Sequence record: OZ035765.1
Reading direction: 5' to 3' (one strand)
DNA from: Veterinaerplatzvirus T145P1
Length of the DNA: 45,062 bases
Position numbers and translations under genes: made by a program. A model generated the notes under the pieces. It searched no databases, had not been told where the DNA came from, and saw only the letters and a program-made list of their open reading frames with translations. This document shows, in pieces, positions 20,276 through 28,334 of the stretch; position 1 is the stretch's first letter; every line of letters starts with the position of its first letter.

Positions 20276-20511
20276 TCCTTACTGCCGTGATCTGCAACAG
20301 AACCGCCGTAACCGCCGCCAGATTTGCTTTCAATGCCAGCGTAGCGAATATCAACCTCACCAGCCGGAACAACTACACCGCCTTTCCACTTAGCTACGCA
20401 CACGCCGTTTGCTTGTGTTGCACACCACCCATCAGGTCGAGGACCAGAAGAACAACCTACTGTCATGATTACTGCCGCCGAGATGATTGCTGATTTGATG
20501 AAGTTAGTCAT
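20266..20511 (-). CDS. cor: Cor-like outer-membrane lipoprotein (superinfection exclusion, putative)
   Basis: Start moved to ATG at 20511 (AAGGAA RBS); signal peptide plus lipobox-like TVGC; located beside the J gene as cor is in FhuA-using phages. Confidence 0.5.
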   Translation of the reverse strand: MTNFIKSAIISAAVIMTVGCSSGPRPDGWCATQANGVCVAKWKGGVVVPAGEVDIRYAGIESKSGGGYGGSVADHGSKEWK

Positions 20512-20550
20512 TTTGTATTCCTTATTAAGTTGTTTCGTTTTGATGTAGTA

Positions 20551-20594
20551 ATAATACAACCGTCAGTGCGGAATGTCTTTAGCTATTCGTGCTA
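20551..20594 (-). promoter_or_regulatory. conserved promoter/operator module (cor operon)
   Basis: Minus strand TAGCACGAATAGCTA, 23 bp, TATTAT, leader TACTACATCAAAACGA. Confidence 0.45.
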
Positions 20595-20652
20595 TTGCAT
20601 ACACGTAACCGATGTAACTCGATGTATACAATCTCATCCGCGGAAAATGATA

Positions 20653-20678
20653 TACGCACTGTTACGCAAATTTACGCA
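20653..20678. repeat. three TACGCA motifs at exact 10-bp phasing
   Basis: TACGCA at 20653, 20663 and 20673. Confidence 0.6.
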
Positions 20679-20694
20679 TTGGTTACATTAAAAT

Positions 20695-20751
20695 ATCTAT
20701 ATATATCAACCTTTTACTCTTATTATTATTATATATATATTACTGTGTATA
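20695..20751. repeat. AT-rich block, copy 1 (divergent control region)
   Basis: ATCTATATATATCAACCTTTTACT-(ATT)n-ATATATAT-TACTGTGTATA; near-identical to 39509-39574. Confidence 0.7.
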
Positions 20752-20852
20752 TCATGTAACTACTTCTATAGAGTGTTCCGGTTATAATTTTAATATCATG
20801 TGGATTTATACAGTATTGCGCTGCAGCTATACCAATGCACCCTCAGCAATAA

Positions 20853-21251
20853 ATGATATACACGATATACACGATGGTTACATTGAGCTATAGCTGGGCC
20901 GAGATGCCAAAAAACGTAACTAGTGCCAATGCCTACACGGAATTACAAGGATTCACGCGTAAACTTAAATCAACGATTGGCAAAACCAATTGGACTGGTT
21001 ACGGTGCCGAATATATAGTTAACTCATCGAAAGCAAACAACCAGAGAGATACAGAAATGACCTACTACATTATCAAAGAGAAAAACAACGCACTGTTCGG
21101 TGATTGCTACTTTGGCGGCCCTGCTGGATATACCACAGATAAGAAAGAGGCTGACAGATTCGAGACTAAAGAAGAAGCCCGAGATGTGCTGACTGGTTAC
21201 TTCACTGAAGAAGATTTGAAGTCTGTTAAAGTGGTTAAGGTTAAGGAATAA
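20853..21251 (+). CDS. hypothetical protein (start uncertain)
   Basis: First ATGs lie inside the GATATACAC tandem repeat; alternative starts at about 20874 or further downstream. Confidence 0.35.
   Translation: MIYTIYTMVTLSYSWAEMPKNVTSANAYTELQGFTRKLKSTIGKTNWTGYGAEYIVNSSKANNQRDTEMTYYIIKEKNNALFGDCYFGGPAGYTTDKKEADRFETKEEARDVLTGYFTEEDLKSVKVVKVKE
20855..20872. repeat. tandem GATATACAC x2 (related copy at 39480-39502)
   Basis: GATATACACGATATACAC; related CGATATATACACACGATATACAA in the second control region. Confidence 0.6.
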
Positions 21252-21254
21252 AAT

Positions 21255-21452
21255 ATGAAGGCTTTTATAGACATAAATAAGTCACCATACAACGACGAGA
21301 AAGATCCTGAGGTAAGATTAAGGGTAAAATTTAGCACAGGAAGGGAGATAAATATAACAACTACATGTTCTGATTTAGCGAAAGCACTTATGGGTTGTAG
21401 TGAAGTTCCTGTTACTGTTTCAACGAGAAATGTTGAGGTGAAAATAAAATGA
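21255..21452 (+). CDS. hypothetical protein
   Basis: 65 aa, RBS AAGGAA. Confidence 0.4.
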   Translation: MKAFIDINKSPYNDEKDPEVRLRVKFSTGREINITTTCSDLAKALMGCSEVPVTVSTRNVEVKIK

Positions 21453-22414
21453 CTTTCAGGGTTTACACACGAGAGGAGCTAAGCAACGAGGATTACCACT
21501 CAGAGCAAGATCATATCTCCGGCAGCTCACTTGTCGAGATTATCCAAGGATCACCAGCTAAGTGGAAGTTCAAGCAACGCAATAGAGATAGCAAGGCGCT
21601 TAAGTTTGGTACCTTATCTCACTGCATGATTCTCGAACAAGATGTATTCGACAAGGAGTATTTGCGAGCAGTAGACCTTGACGCGATTGAAGGCTTAATT
21701 ACAAGCCAGGCAGGATTAGCAGCAGCACTTAAAAAAGTCGGTGTGGCTGGAACATCAGGGAAGGGCTATAGCGAGCTTGTAGAGATGATGTATCGTTCTG
21801 GCGAGGACTGGCCCATTAAGTGGCTAATTGATCAGCTGGAAAGCGCTCAAGCGCTTGTGGAGGGTAAGGAGCTAGTTAGCGCAGCAGACTATGACAAAGT
21901 TGTGGCTATGCGTGAGGTTCTTTGCAATATTCCGGCATACAATGCAATCGTGAATAGTGAGACGGCGCAGAAAGAGTTATCAATCTTCGGTGAGATTCTC
22001 GGCGTCGGCGTTAAGATTCGAATTGACCATGTTGATGTTGTTGATGGCGTCGTTCGGATCACGGATTATAAAACGACAGCCGACGCAAGCCCTGAAGGAT
22101 TTGGTAAGTCTGCATTTAATCACGGATACCTTGCAAAAATGGCGCTTCAGCGCGATCTGTTTGTGAAAGCATTTAACGAGAAGCGCAAGGTTGTTGTAGG
22201 ATTGCTGGCGCAGGAGAAGGTGGAGCCATACCTACCAATGCTGTACACACTAACCGACGAACAGCTGCGAATTGGTCGCCTTCAGTATCTTGAGGCACTT
22301 GCAACTTACAAGAAGTGCAAGGAGCTTGATATTTGGCCTGGATATTCTAACGGCATTACAGAGCAAGAGCTATTGGTTCCTGATTGGGCCATTAAACAAT
22401 ATAGAGAGATATAA
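21449..22414 (+). CDS. PD-(D/E)XK recombination exonuclease (putative)
   Basis: IDHVD...ITDYKT motif (D...D/E-x-K); located with Erf and SSB. Confidence 0.65.
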   Translation: MTFRVYTREELSNEDYHSEQDHISGSSLVEIIQGSPAKWKFKQRNRDSKALKFGTLSHCMILEQDVFDKEYLRAVDLDAIEGLITSQAGLAAALKKVGVAGTSGKGYSELVEMMYRSGEDWPIKWLIDQLESAQALVEGKELVSAADYDKVVAMREVLCNIPAYNAIVNSETAQKELSIFGEILGVGVKIRIDHVDVVDGVVRITDYKTTADASPEGFGKSAFNHGYLAKMALQRDLFVKAFNEKRKVVVGLLAQEKVEPYLPMLYTLTDEQLRIGRLQYLEALATYKKCKELDIWPGYSNGITEQELLVPDWAIKQYREI

Positions 22415-22415
22415 A

Positions 22416-22880
22416 ATGAACAAAGATTGCTGGCAGACTCCTTTAGACTTATTCAAACCGATAGATGATAAATACAAATTCAAGGTTGACGTGTGCGCAA
22501 GCCAAGAAAACGCGCTTTGTAAATATTACTGGACTGTAGATGATGACTGCTTGCAACAGGATTGGGGAGATGATGGTGGTTTCGTTTGGTGCAATCCACC
22601 ATATAGCAATCCATTACCATTTGTTGAAAAGTGCCAGCAATACGGCTATGCGGTCATGCTATTGAATCAGGATACGTCAACAAAATGGGCTAAGATAGTC
22701 TTTGAAAAAGCATCAAAGGTTATACTTTTATCAGACAGGGTTAGGTTTATAAATCCAGTAACAATGGAGGTTGGTAAGTCAAATCCTAAATGCCAGATGA
22801 TTGTAGTTTTCGACAGGCGTAGCAATTCTGGAGTTGATATACGTTGGTGTTCAATAAAAGAAATTCATAAGCAAATTTAA
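22416..22880 (+). CDS. dam: DNA N6-adenine methyltransferase (phage Dam family)
   Basis: Start moved to ATG 22416; catalytic NPPY motif (WCNPPYSN); about 154 aa. Confidence 0.8.
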   Translation: MNKDCWQTPLDLFKPIDDKYKFKVDVCASQENALCKYYWTVDDDCLQQDWGDDGGFVWCNPPYSNPLPFVEKCQQYGYAVMLLNQDTSTKWAKIVFEKASKVILLSDRVRFINPVTMEVGKSNPKCQMIVVFDRRSNSGVDIRWCSIKEIHKQI

Positions 22881-22881
22881 A

Positions 22882-22925
22882 TAGCATGAATTGCTAAAGA
22901 CAAAACTAAAGGGTGTGGGTATGAT
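22882..22925 (+). promoter_or_regulatory. conserved promoter/operator module (erf)
   Basis: TAGCATGAATTGCTA followed by a TGGGTA/TACCCA hairpin; -10 weak. Confidence 0.4.
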
Positions 22926-22954
22926 TACCCAATCAACAACGAACGAGGTTAAAG

Positions 22955-23605
22955 ATGAAAATTTCAGAATCATGCAAGTCAATTTTAAACGCTCTACACA
23001 CCGCCAAATCGCTATTTGCGAAGGCTGAAAAATCAAAACAGAACTCACACCTCAAGAACAGATACAGCACCCTTGATGATGTTCTTGCCGCTGTAGAACC
23101 AGGCCTTGAAGAATGTGGTCTTGTAATGTTTCAGAGCGTAATTGATAGCGAAGCTACTGGACTGCTGAAGGTTGAAACGAAGTTGTTCCATGCAGAGTCA
23201 GGCGAGTGGGTTAGCTTCTTAATGATTGTCCCTATCAGCAAGAATGATGCTCAAGGTTACGGATCTGCGCTTACATATGCTCGACGCTACGGAATTACAG
23301 CAGCTTTAGGTCTTAGTCAGGCAGATGACGATGGTAATCTCGCAGCTAAAGGCGTTAAAGACTTTAAACGTGAGCTTGAGAAGTGTAATAGTCTTGATGA
23401 GCTACGTAACGTATGGAAAGAGGCTAAGCAATCACTAGACGCTGCGGGATGGAAGGTTTTTGAACCTCACATTATCGAGCGCAAGGCAGAGATTGAAGCA
23501 AATGCAGCAACTGGCTTTAACCCTGCAACACCAAAGAAAGTTGCAGAAAAAAGTAGTACTGAAGAAAAGACTGAAGTAGAATCACAACAAATCGACACAT
23601 TCTAA
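22955..23605 (+). CDS. erf: Erf-family single-strand annealing protein
   Basis: NRYSTLDDVLAAV and GSALTYARRYG motifs. Confidence 0.85.
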   Translation: MKISESCKSILNALHTAKSLFAKAEKSKQNSHLKNRYSTLDDVLAAVEPGLEECGLVMFQSVIDSEATGLLKVETKLFHAESGEWVSFLMIVPISKNDAQGYGSALTYARRYGITAALGLSQADDDGNLAAKGVKDFKRELEKCNSLDELRNVWKEAKQSLDAAGWKVFEPHIIERKAEIEANAATGFNPATPKKVAEKSSTEEKTEVESQQIDTF

Positions 23606-23646
23606 ATTTAACGGGGCTGCGGCCCCAACCAATAGAGAGATAAAAC

Positions 23647-24072
23647 ATGCACGTAATTACTGGTCAGATTCGACGCGCTCCATTCACTAAAGAAGGTCAT
23701 AATGCTAATGGTACCTGGAAAATGTTTGCGGTTGATTTGAGTGAGCGATACAAAGATAAAGATGGTCAGACTCAGTATAGTAACTATCGCGCAGTCTTCT
23801 TCGCGAAAGAGTCAATGTTAGATTGGTATAATGAAGCTTTTCAAGAGGGTAAAGTTGTTAGCGTTAGCGCAGAGACTCTTTCTGTTGATGTTAGAGATAA
23901 AGATGGCAAGACTTACGTTACTGTCAACATGAACAATCCTAGACTTGAGTTTAGTCAGCGCGGTGAAGGTGGCGTGCAGCAGCAACCTAGACAACAGCAA
24001 CAAGCACAACAGCAACAACAGAATCAACAGCCAAAACAGCAAAAGCAATTCGAAGATGATATTCCTTTCTAA
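23647..24072 (+). CDS. ssb: single-stranded DNA-binding protein
   Basis: OB-fold-like N-terminus, Gln-rich linker, C-terminal acidic tail ...FEDDIPF. Confidence 0.85.
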   Translation: MHVITGQIRRAPFTKEGHNANGTWKMFAVDLSERYKDKDGQTQYSNYRAVFFAKESMLDWYNEAFQEGKVVSVSAETLSVDVRDKDGKTYVTVNMNNPRLEFSQRGEGGVQQQPRQQQQAQQQQQNQQPKQQKQFEDDIPF

Positions 24073-24076
24073 AGAT

Positions 24077-24101
24077 AAGGCCCCTTTTGGGGCCTTTTTT
24101 A
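24077..24101. terminator. bidirectional terminator (ssb and convergent tail fibre gene)
   Basis: AAGGCCCC-TTTT-GGGGCCTT followed by T-run. Confidence 0.65.
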
Positions 24102-26684
24102 TTAACCTATTTTAGTGTAAGTCCATTGGTATGTTGCAGCTCCCTTGGCAGTTATCCCGACAGTTCTTCCACTTACATCCATTGAAGTGAAAGCGCCAGT
24201 TTTTGTAATTGTTATTGATGATGTGGAACCATCAAAAAGTACGTCAGCAATTACACTATAGTTAGGTCCAGCACCAGTAACCCAGGTCGAAACCTTGTAT
24301 AAACCAGCGTTGTTTGGCAACTCAAAAAGACCAGTTGAAACATTCGCCTGAACAGCCATCGCGCCCTTTCCGGTGTACACACCGTCAGTTTTAAGACCTA
24401 ATGATGAATATGTTTGCTTATAGCCACCAATGATGGCACCACCCATAGGTTCAGTAAACCAGTTCACATTACCCTGACTAACAACAGATATCGCTGGAGA
24501 CCCCCCTTTAGCTGACTGAAACCTACCGCTTAAAATGTCAATTCTAGATGCTGAGTCCTGGGCGTAGATAGTTACAGGATACCCACCAGAACCAGTGTAA
24601 ACCAAGCCGTTATCATTAATGTCATCTTCAGACGAGTCAATGATTACATGGGAAGTTCCAGACGCCTTGATGAACGAAACAACACCGCTAGAACCAGCAC
24701 CTGTTGTTCTAACTTCATTCTTCCATGATGTTAGGCCTGAAATTCTGCCATTTGAGTTATTAAACCTAATCAGGCAACAATCTTGCGATCCGTTGGTGTC
24801 AATAATGTTACCTTCAACGTCCATCCCTAGTATGTTTACGCTATGGCTGTTGATGAAGTTAATCCCAGCACCACCGTAAGAACCAGATGTTGATGATATA
24901 TTACTGGCATCCATTGCGCAGTTAATCATTGTAACGCTCATTACCGAACCAAATTCATAAGGTGAAATGCAATCTGATGCGTAACAAGTCTCAAGCAATA
25001 TTGTCGTTCCTGTCGCCTTTATGAATCCAGTCCTGCAATTCCTGGCCCAAACATTCTGTAGCTTAGTCTGGTATGTTCCAGTGGTGTCCGTGTAGCAACC
25101 CCATGCTCCATGGACTGTGCAATCTTTGATACATGAATTTTCTAGCCCTGTTGCAGAACCAACATTAGAAACGAAGTTAAATGCTATCTTTTGATCATTC
25201 CCTGATGCTGAGGTAGGTGTAGTGCCTGGGTTATAAAAAATGTAAAGTCCCTCAATAAACACTTGATACATTCTTATGTTTTGCGCATCACCCTGAACCA
25301 GGGCGAATAGGTTTATGTTCCCATCAACTGAGATAAATGTTTGCGCCCTGTTAATTTGGTTTGTTCCCTCGCCAATAATTCTTGTACTGTTGCCAATCCT
25401 CACCGTCCTGTTAATGAACATAAAACCTTTTGGTATGTATACAGTTTTACCGGTATTAACTGCCGCCTGAAGCGCAACTGCGTCAAGTGACTCGTTAAGG
25501 TTTGATGCAAATGGATAAACAAACCGCGCATCCTCAATTGTCGAGAATTTAGATGAAAGAGGAACTAAAGTACCATTGTTTGTAGCACCAAAATCCATGA
25601 CGTTAACAAAGTCACCAAGTTTACTATCCTTACTCCTTTCTACAAATGAGGCCAATGTAGATTTGTAATTCATCGAACTGAATTGTGATTGAGCCTCTGT
25701 CTTTGAATAAACATCTGATCTTGGGTAAACCTCTGATTTTGAATAAACATCAAGCAAACCCCTAGCTCTTTCAGCAGTAGCGCCGCCAACCGACTCCCCG
25801 CCTTCAACCATAATGTATTCGCGTAAGTAGAAGTTTCTTGATCCTTTAGCGCCCGTCATCCTGAGGTGAGTAGCCCTATATGATGAATCAGAATTCAATG
25901 CCGGATATATATCAATCTCATAAGAGCCTTGAGCTCCACTTGTGCCCCTAACACATATAAAAAGCGTAGCGTTGGCTGTAGTGTATGTCGCAGCTAGTGA
26001 TGCTGGAACGTTTGTCATGTTAGATACTACAACTCGATAATTACCACCACTTTTAAATTCAACTTGCTGCCAATCCAATGATGGCATAGCTATTGTCGAT
26101 GTGCTTGCGATACCCTCATTGGCTAGAGTAACCAAAGTTGCAGCATCACCAGCGTTGGCAATGACATTAACTGTGTTGTTGTATGCCTCCTGCGCACTAC
26201 TTGCGCTTGATTCAGCCTGAGCCTTGCTTGTAGCGGCAGCTTGCTGGCTGGCAGATGCAGCCGATTCGCTTGAAGCCGCATTTGTTTCGCTTGCCTTCGC
26301 CTCATCAACTAATCGTTGTAACTTATCGAAATCAAAATCACCAGATTCAGCCAACTCAACAAGTGACGCAACCTCAGTTTCACGTGACTGATAGTAACGA
26401 AGAGTTTCCGCAACATCCTGAGCTAGCCCCTGAACGGTAATTCCATCATGCGCAAGGATAGCGTAACCAGTTCCAGCAGGAACAGTTTCGGAGTTAGGGT
26501 TGTAAACATTAATCTGCGTATCGCTGATAATTTCTGAGATGGTGTAAATCTGTACTGGTTCAGTTTTAAATACAATGGTTGCACCTACACGAATCAGTGT
26601 AAGAGGTGCTTTCCATGTTGTCCCGACGCCAGTCACCTCACCACTTGCTGCTAGAGAAGCTGTTCCTGAGTCATAAATTGCCAT
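24102..26684 (-). CDS. tail fibre / tailspike with beta-helix-like domain
   Basis: Probable ATG start at 26684; N-terminal anchor-like region, Ala/Ser-rich coiled coil, then repetitive G/N/S/T-rich region resembling a parallel beta-helix. Confidence 0.75.
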   Translation of the reverse strand: MAIYDSGTASLAASGEVTGVGTTWKAPLTLIRVGATIVFKTEPVQIYTISEIISDTQINVYNPNSETVPAGTGYAILAHDGITVQGLAQDVAETLRYYQSRETEVASLVELAESGDFDFDKLQRLVDEAKASETNAASSESAASASQQAAATSKAQAESSASSAQEAYNNTVNVIANAGDAATLVTLANEGIASTSTIAMPSLDWQQVEFKSGGNYRVVVSNMTNVPASLAATYTTANATLFICVRGTSGAQGSYEIDIYPALNSDSSYRATHLRMTGAKGSRNFYLREYIMVEGGESVGGATAERARGLLDVYSKSEVYPRSDVYSKTEAQSQFSSMNYKSTLASFVERSKDSKLGDFVNVMDFGATNNGTLVPLSSKFSTIEDARFVYPFASNLNESLDAVALQAAVNTGKTVYIPKGFMFINRTVRIGNSTRIIGEGTNQINRAQTFISVDGNINLFALVQGDAQNIRMYQVFIEGLYIFYNPGTTPTSASGNDQKIAFNFVSNVGSATGLENSCIKDCTVHGAWGCYTDTTGTYQTKLQNVWARNCRTGFIKATGTTILLETCYASDCISPYEFGSVMSVTMINCAMDASNISSTSGSYGGAGINFINSHSVNILGMDVEGNIIDTNGSQDCCLIRFNNSNGRISGLTSWKNEVRTTGAGSSGVVSFIKASGTSHVIIDSSEDDINDNGLVYTGSGGYPVTIYAQDSASRIDILSGRFQSAKGGSPAISVVSQGNVNWFTEPMGGAIIGGYKQTYSSLGLKTDGVYTGKGAMAVQANVSTGLFELPNNAGLYKVSTWVTGAGPNYSVIADVLFDGSTSSITITKTGAFTSMDVSGRTVGITAKGAATYQWTYTKIG

Positions 26685-26705
26685 TGTGTAGAGTCTCCAT
26701 TTGTA

Positions 26706-26745
26706 AAATAGCACGAATTGCTAAAGTGGATTGTAGCATCTTTGA
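26706..26745 (-). promoter_or_regulatory. palindromic operator copy at tail fibre 5' end
   Basis: TAGCACGAATTGCTA lies between a TACAAT-like box and the fibre start; operator rather than promoter geometry. Confidence 0.35.
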
Positions 26746-26768
26746 GTCATAAAAAAACCTCCCGTAGG
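26742..26768 (-). terminator. rho-independent terminator after primase gene
   Basis: Minus strand CCTCC-TACG-GGAGG followed by T7. Confidence 0.6.
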
Positions 26769-26771
26769 AGG

Positions 26772-27698
26772 TTAGTCTAGCAATTCGCTTGCCTTGTATA
26801 TTCGCTTTCTTATGCCTGACTTGAAAAAATTATCATCATTTGGCATTACCACATCAAGATCGCGATCGTCAGCAACGGCGAGTAAATCAAAATCGTTGCG
26901 AGTACAAGCGATGCGTAACTTGTATTTTCTAAGCGAGTAAGCAACCATTTCCATGTTGTAGCTGGAGTAGCAAACAAGCACGCAGCGGTTGCCAGTAGCA
27001 ATGTGAACACGATAGCCGTCAATGAGATTATCGACCAGATAAGCGTACTCATCATCCTTAAAGGAACCAATAACAGCAACAGACTGGCGAGTATAATCTT
27101 TTGCAGCATAACTAACATCTCCCTCTTCATTGATAAACATTACATTACACATTTCTTCTGATATACCGTCATTATAAGCCATAAAACACGGTACTGCGTG
27201 TATCAGTTCGCCTGATTTTGTCCTGCCAACATCAAAACCAAACTCGCTATAGATGCCCTCGTATGTGCTGAGCGGAGTTGATTCCACTCTTTCCGTCCTT
27301 TCCATTATCTCTAAGCATCTTTCGTGGTCAATCTGAGCGCCCATTTTGTATGGTGATGTTCTTGAAGCTCTTTTGTTTGCTTTTGATATAACCTCTACTG
27401 GAACGAGATTCAGCCAATCACCAAGCGTATCTATTGTTTCACTATAACTCATTCCAGAACACTTCATTACCCAACCAACACCAGAATCATTTCCACACTG
27501 GTTGCATATTGCTGCGCCATTTCCCTTTTCTTGACCTAACTCATCAGTGAAGCGAAACCTATCCTTGCCAAAGCAGTAAGGGCACGGACCATGTTTCTTG
27601 CTGAGATTCTCCTTTGTCCATCCAAGATGCGATGAGTAGAACTCACTCCACATCCCTTTCATCTTGGCTATCACTTCGTTCTTATCATGTTGACTCAT
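26772..27698 (-). CDS. DNA primase (zinc-finger type, putative)
   Basis: Start moved to ATG 27698 (GGAGGT RBS); CPYC...CNQC zinc ribbon; acidic DxD-type motifs. Confidence 0.6.
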   Translation of the reverse strand: MSQHDKNEVIAKMKGMWSEFYSSHLGWTKENLSKKHGPCPYCFGKDRFRFTDELGQEKGNGAAICNQCGNDSGVGWVMKCSGMSYSETIDTLGDWLNLVPVEVISKANKRASRTSPYKMGAQIDHERCLEIMERTERVESTPLSTYEGIYSEFGFDVGRTKSGELIHAVPCFMAYNDGISEEMCNVMFINEEGDVSYAAKDYTRQSVAVIGSFKDDEYAYLVDNLIDGYRVHIATGNRCVLVCYSSYNMEMVAYSLRKYKLRIACTRNDFDLLAVADDRDLDVVMPNDDNFFKSGIRKRIYKASELLD

Positions 27699-27753
27699 AA
27701 TTACCTCCATAAACAATAAAGGCACTATACATAATGCAAAGCGCCATTGTTTA

Positions 27754-28233
27754 TCAAATCGTGCTGTTTTGCTCTTTCTTCTTTTGGTTCTCTAATTTTA
27801 TCTTGCGCCATGAACGACACTCTGGCTTAGTGGCTAATTCAGCCTCAGTGACGACTCGCAGCATATGGCGCTTTTTGCACCGAAGTGTCAGCGGTTTCCC
27901 GTTGCCGTCGAATTGCAGGTCTGGTCGGCAGAATGTAGCGCGAAAACCTTCTCCATTTCGCTTATAGTAGTTGTGAGAAAGTTGAGCCCCACGCGCAGAA
28001 ATCATACCGCGCTTAAACCATTCTTCTACAGCCTGTGGTGTTACCTTTAACTGCTTTGCGATATTCGCCTTTGTGCCGAAGAAATCAAGAACTATCTCTA
28101 GCCGCGCGCGTAGCCCGGCTCTTACTTCATCTTTTAAAACATAGTAGCCTGAAGGTCGTTTACGTTGCTTTTTGTCTTCGGTGCGGATGGTTCCGTTATT
28201 GCCGTTAATTGTTCGCTTGTCGACTGTATTCAT
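27754..28233 (-). CDS. HTH DNA-binding protein (Cro/YdaS-like), candidate early regulator
   Basis: FGTKANIAKQLKVTPQAVEEWFKRG helix-turn-helix; own canonical sigma70 promoter; palindromic operator abuts its RBS. Confidence 0.55.
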   Translation of the reverse strand: MNTVDKRTINGNNGTIRTEDKKQRKRPSGYYVLKDEVRAGLRARLEIVLDFFGTKANIAKQLKVTPQAVEEWFKRGMISARGAQLSHNYYKRNGEGFRATFCRPDLQFDGNGKPLTLRCKKRHMLRVVTEAELATKPECRSWRKIKLENQKKKEQNSTI

Positions 28234-28246
28234 TTCATTACCTCAA

Positions 28247-28289
28247 TAGCATTTTTTGTTAAAAGTCATCCTGATTTGATGGTATTATT
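28247..28289 (+). promoter_or_regulatory. conserved promoter/operator module (helicase) overlapping HTH gene 5'UTR
   Basis: TAGCATTTTTTGTTA, 22 bp, TATTAT-like; same palindrome abuts the RBS of the divergent HTH gene. Confidence 0.45.
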
Positions 28290-28315
28290 GTACTCAATTA
28301 AACGCTACAAGACAA
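28287..28315 (-). promoter_or_regulatory. sigma70-like promoter for HTH regulator gene
   Basis: Minus strand TTGTCT, 17-bp spacer, TACAAT upstream of the 27754-28233 gene. Confidence 0.5.
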
Positions 28316-28334
28316 TTTTTATAGGAATTTAGAT

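Noticed and set aside
20853-20874. First ATG of ORF 20853-21251 as the true start
   Set aside because: It lies inside the GATATACAC tandem repeat with no RBS; the gene is kept with low confidence and an uncertain start.
26846-27130. 94-aa minus-strand ORF inside the primase gene in another frame
   Set aside because: Leu-rich low-complexity translation, no RBS, fully nested.
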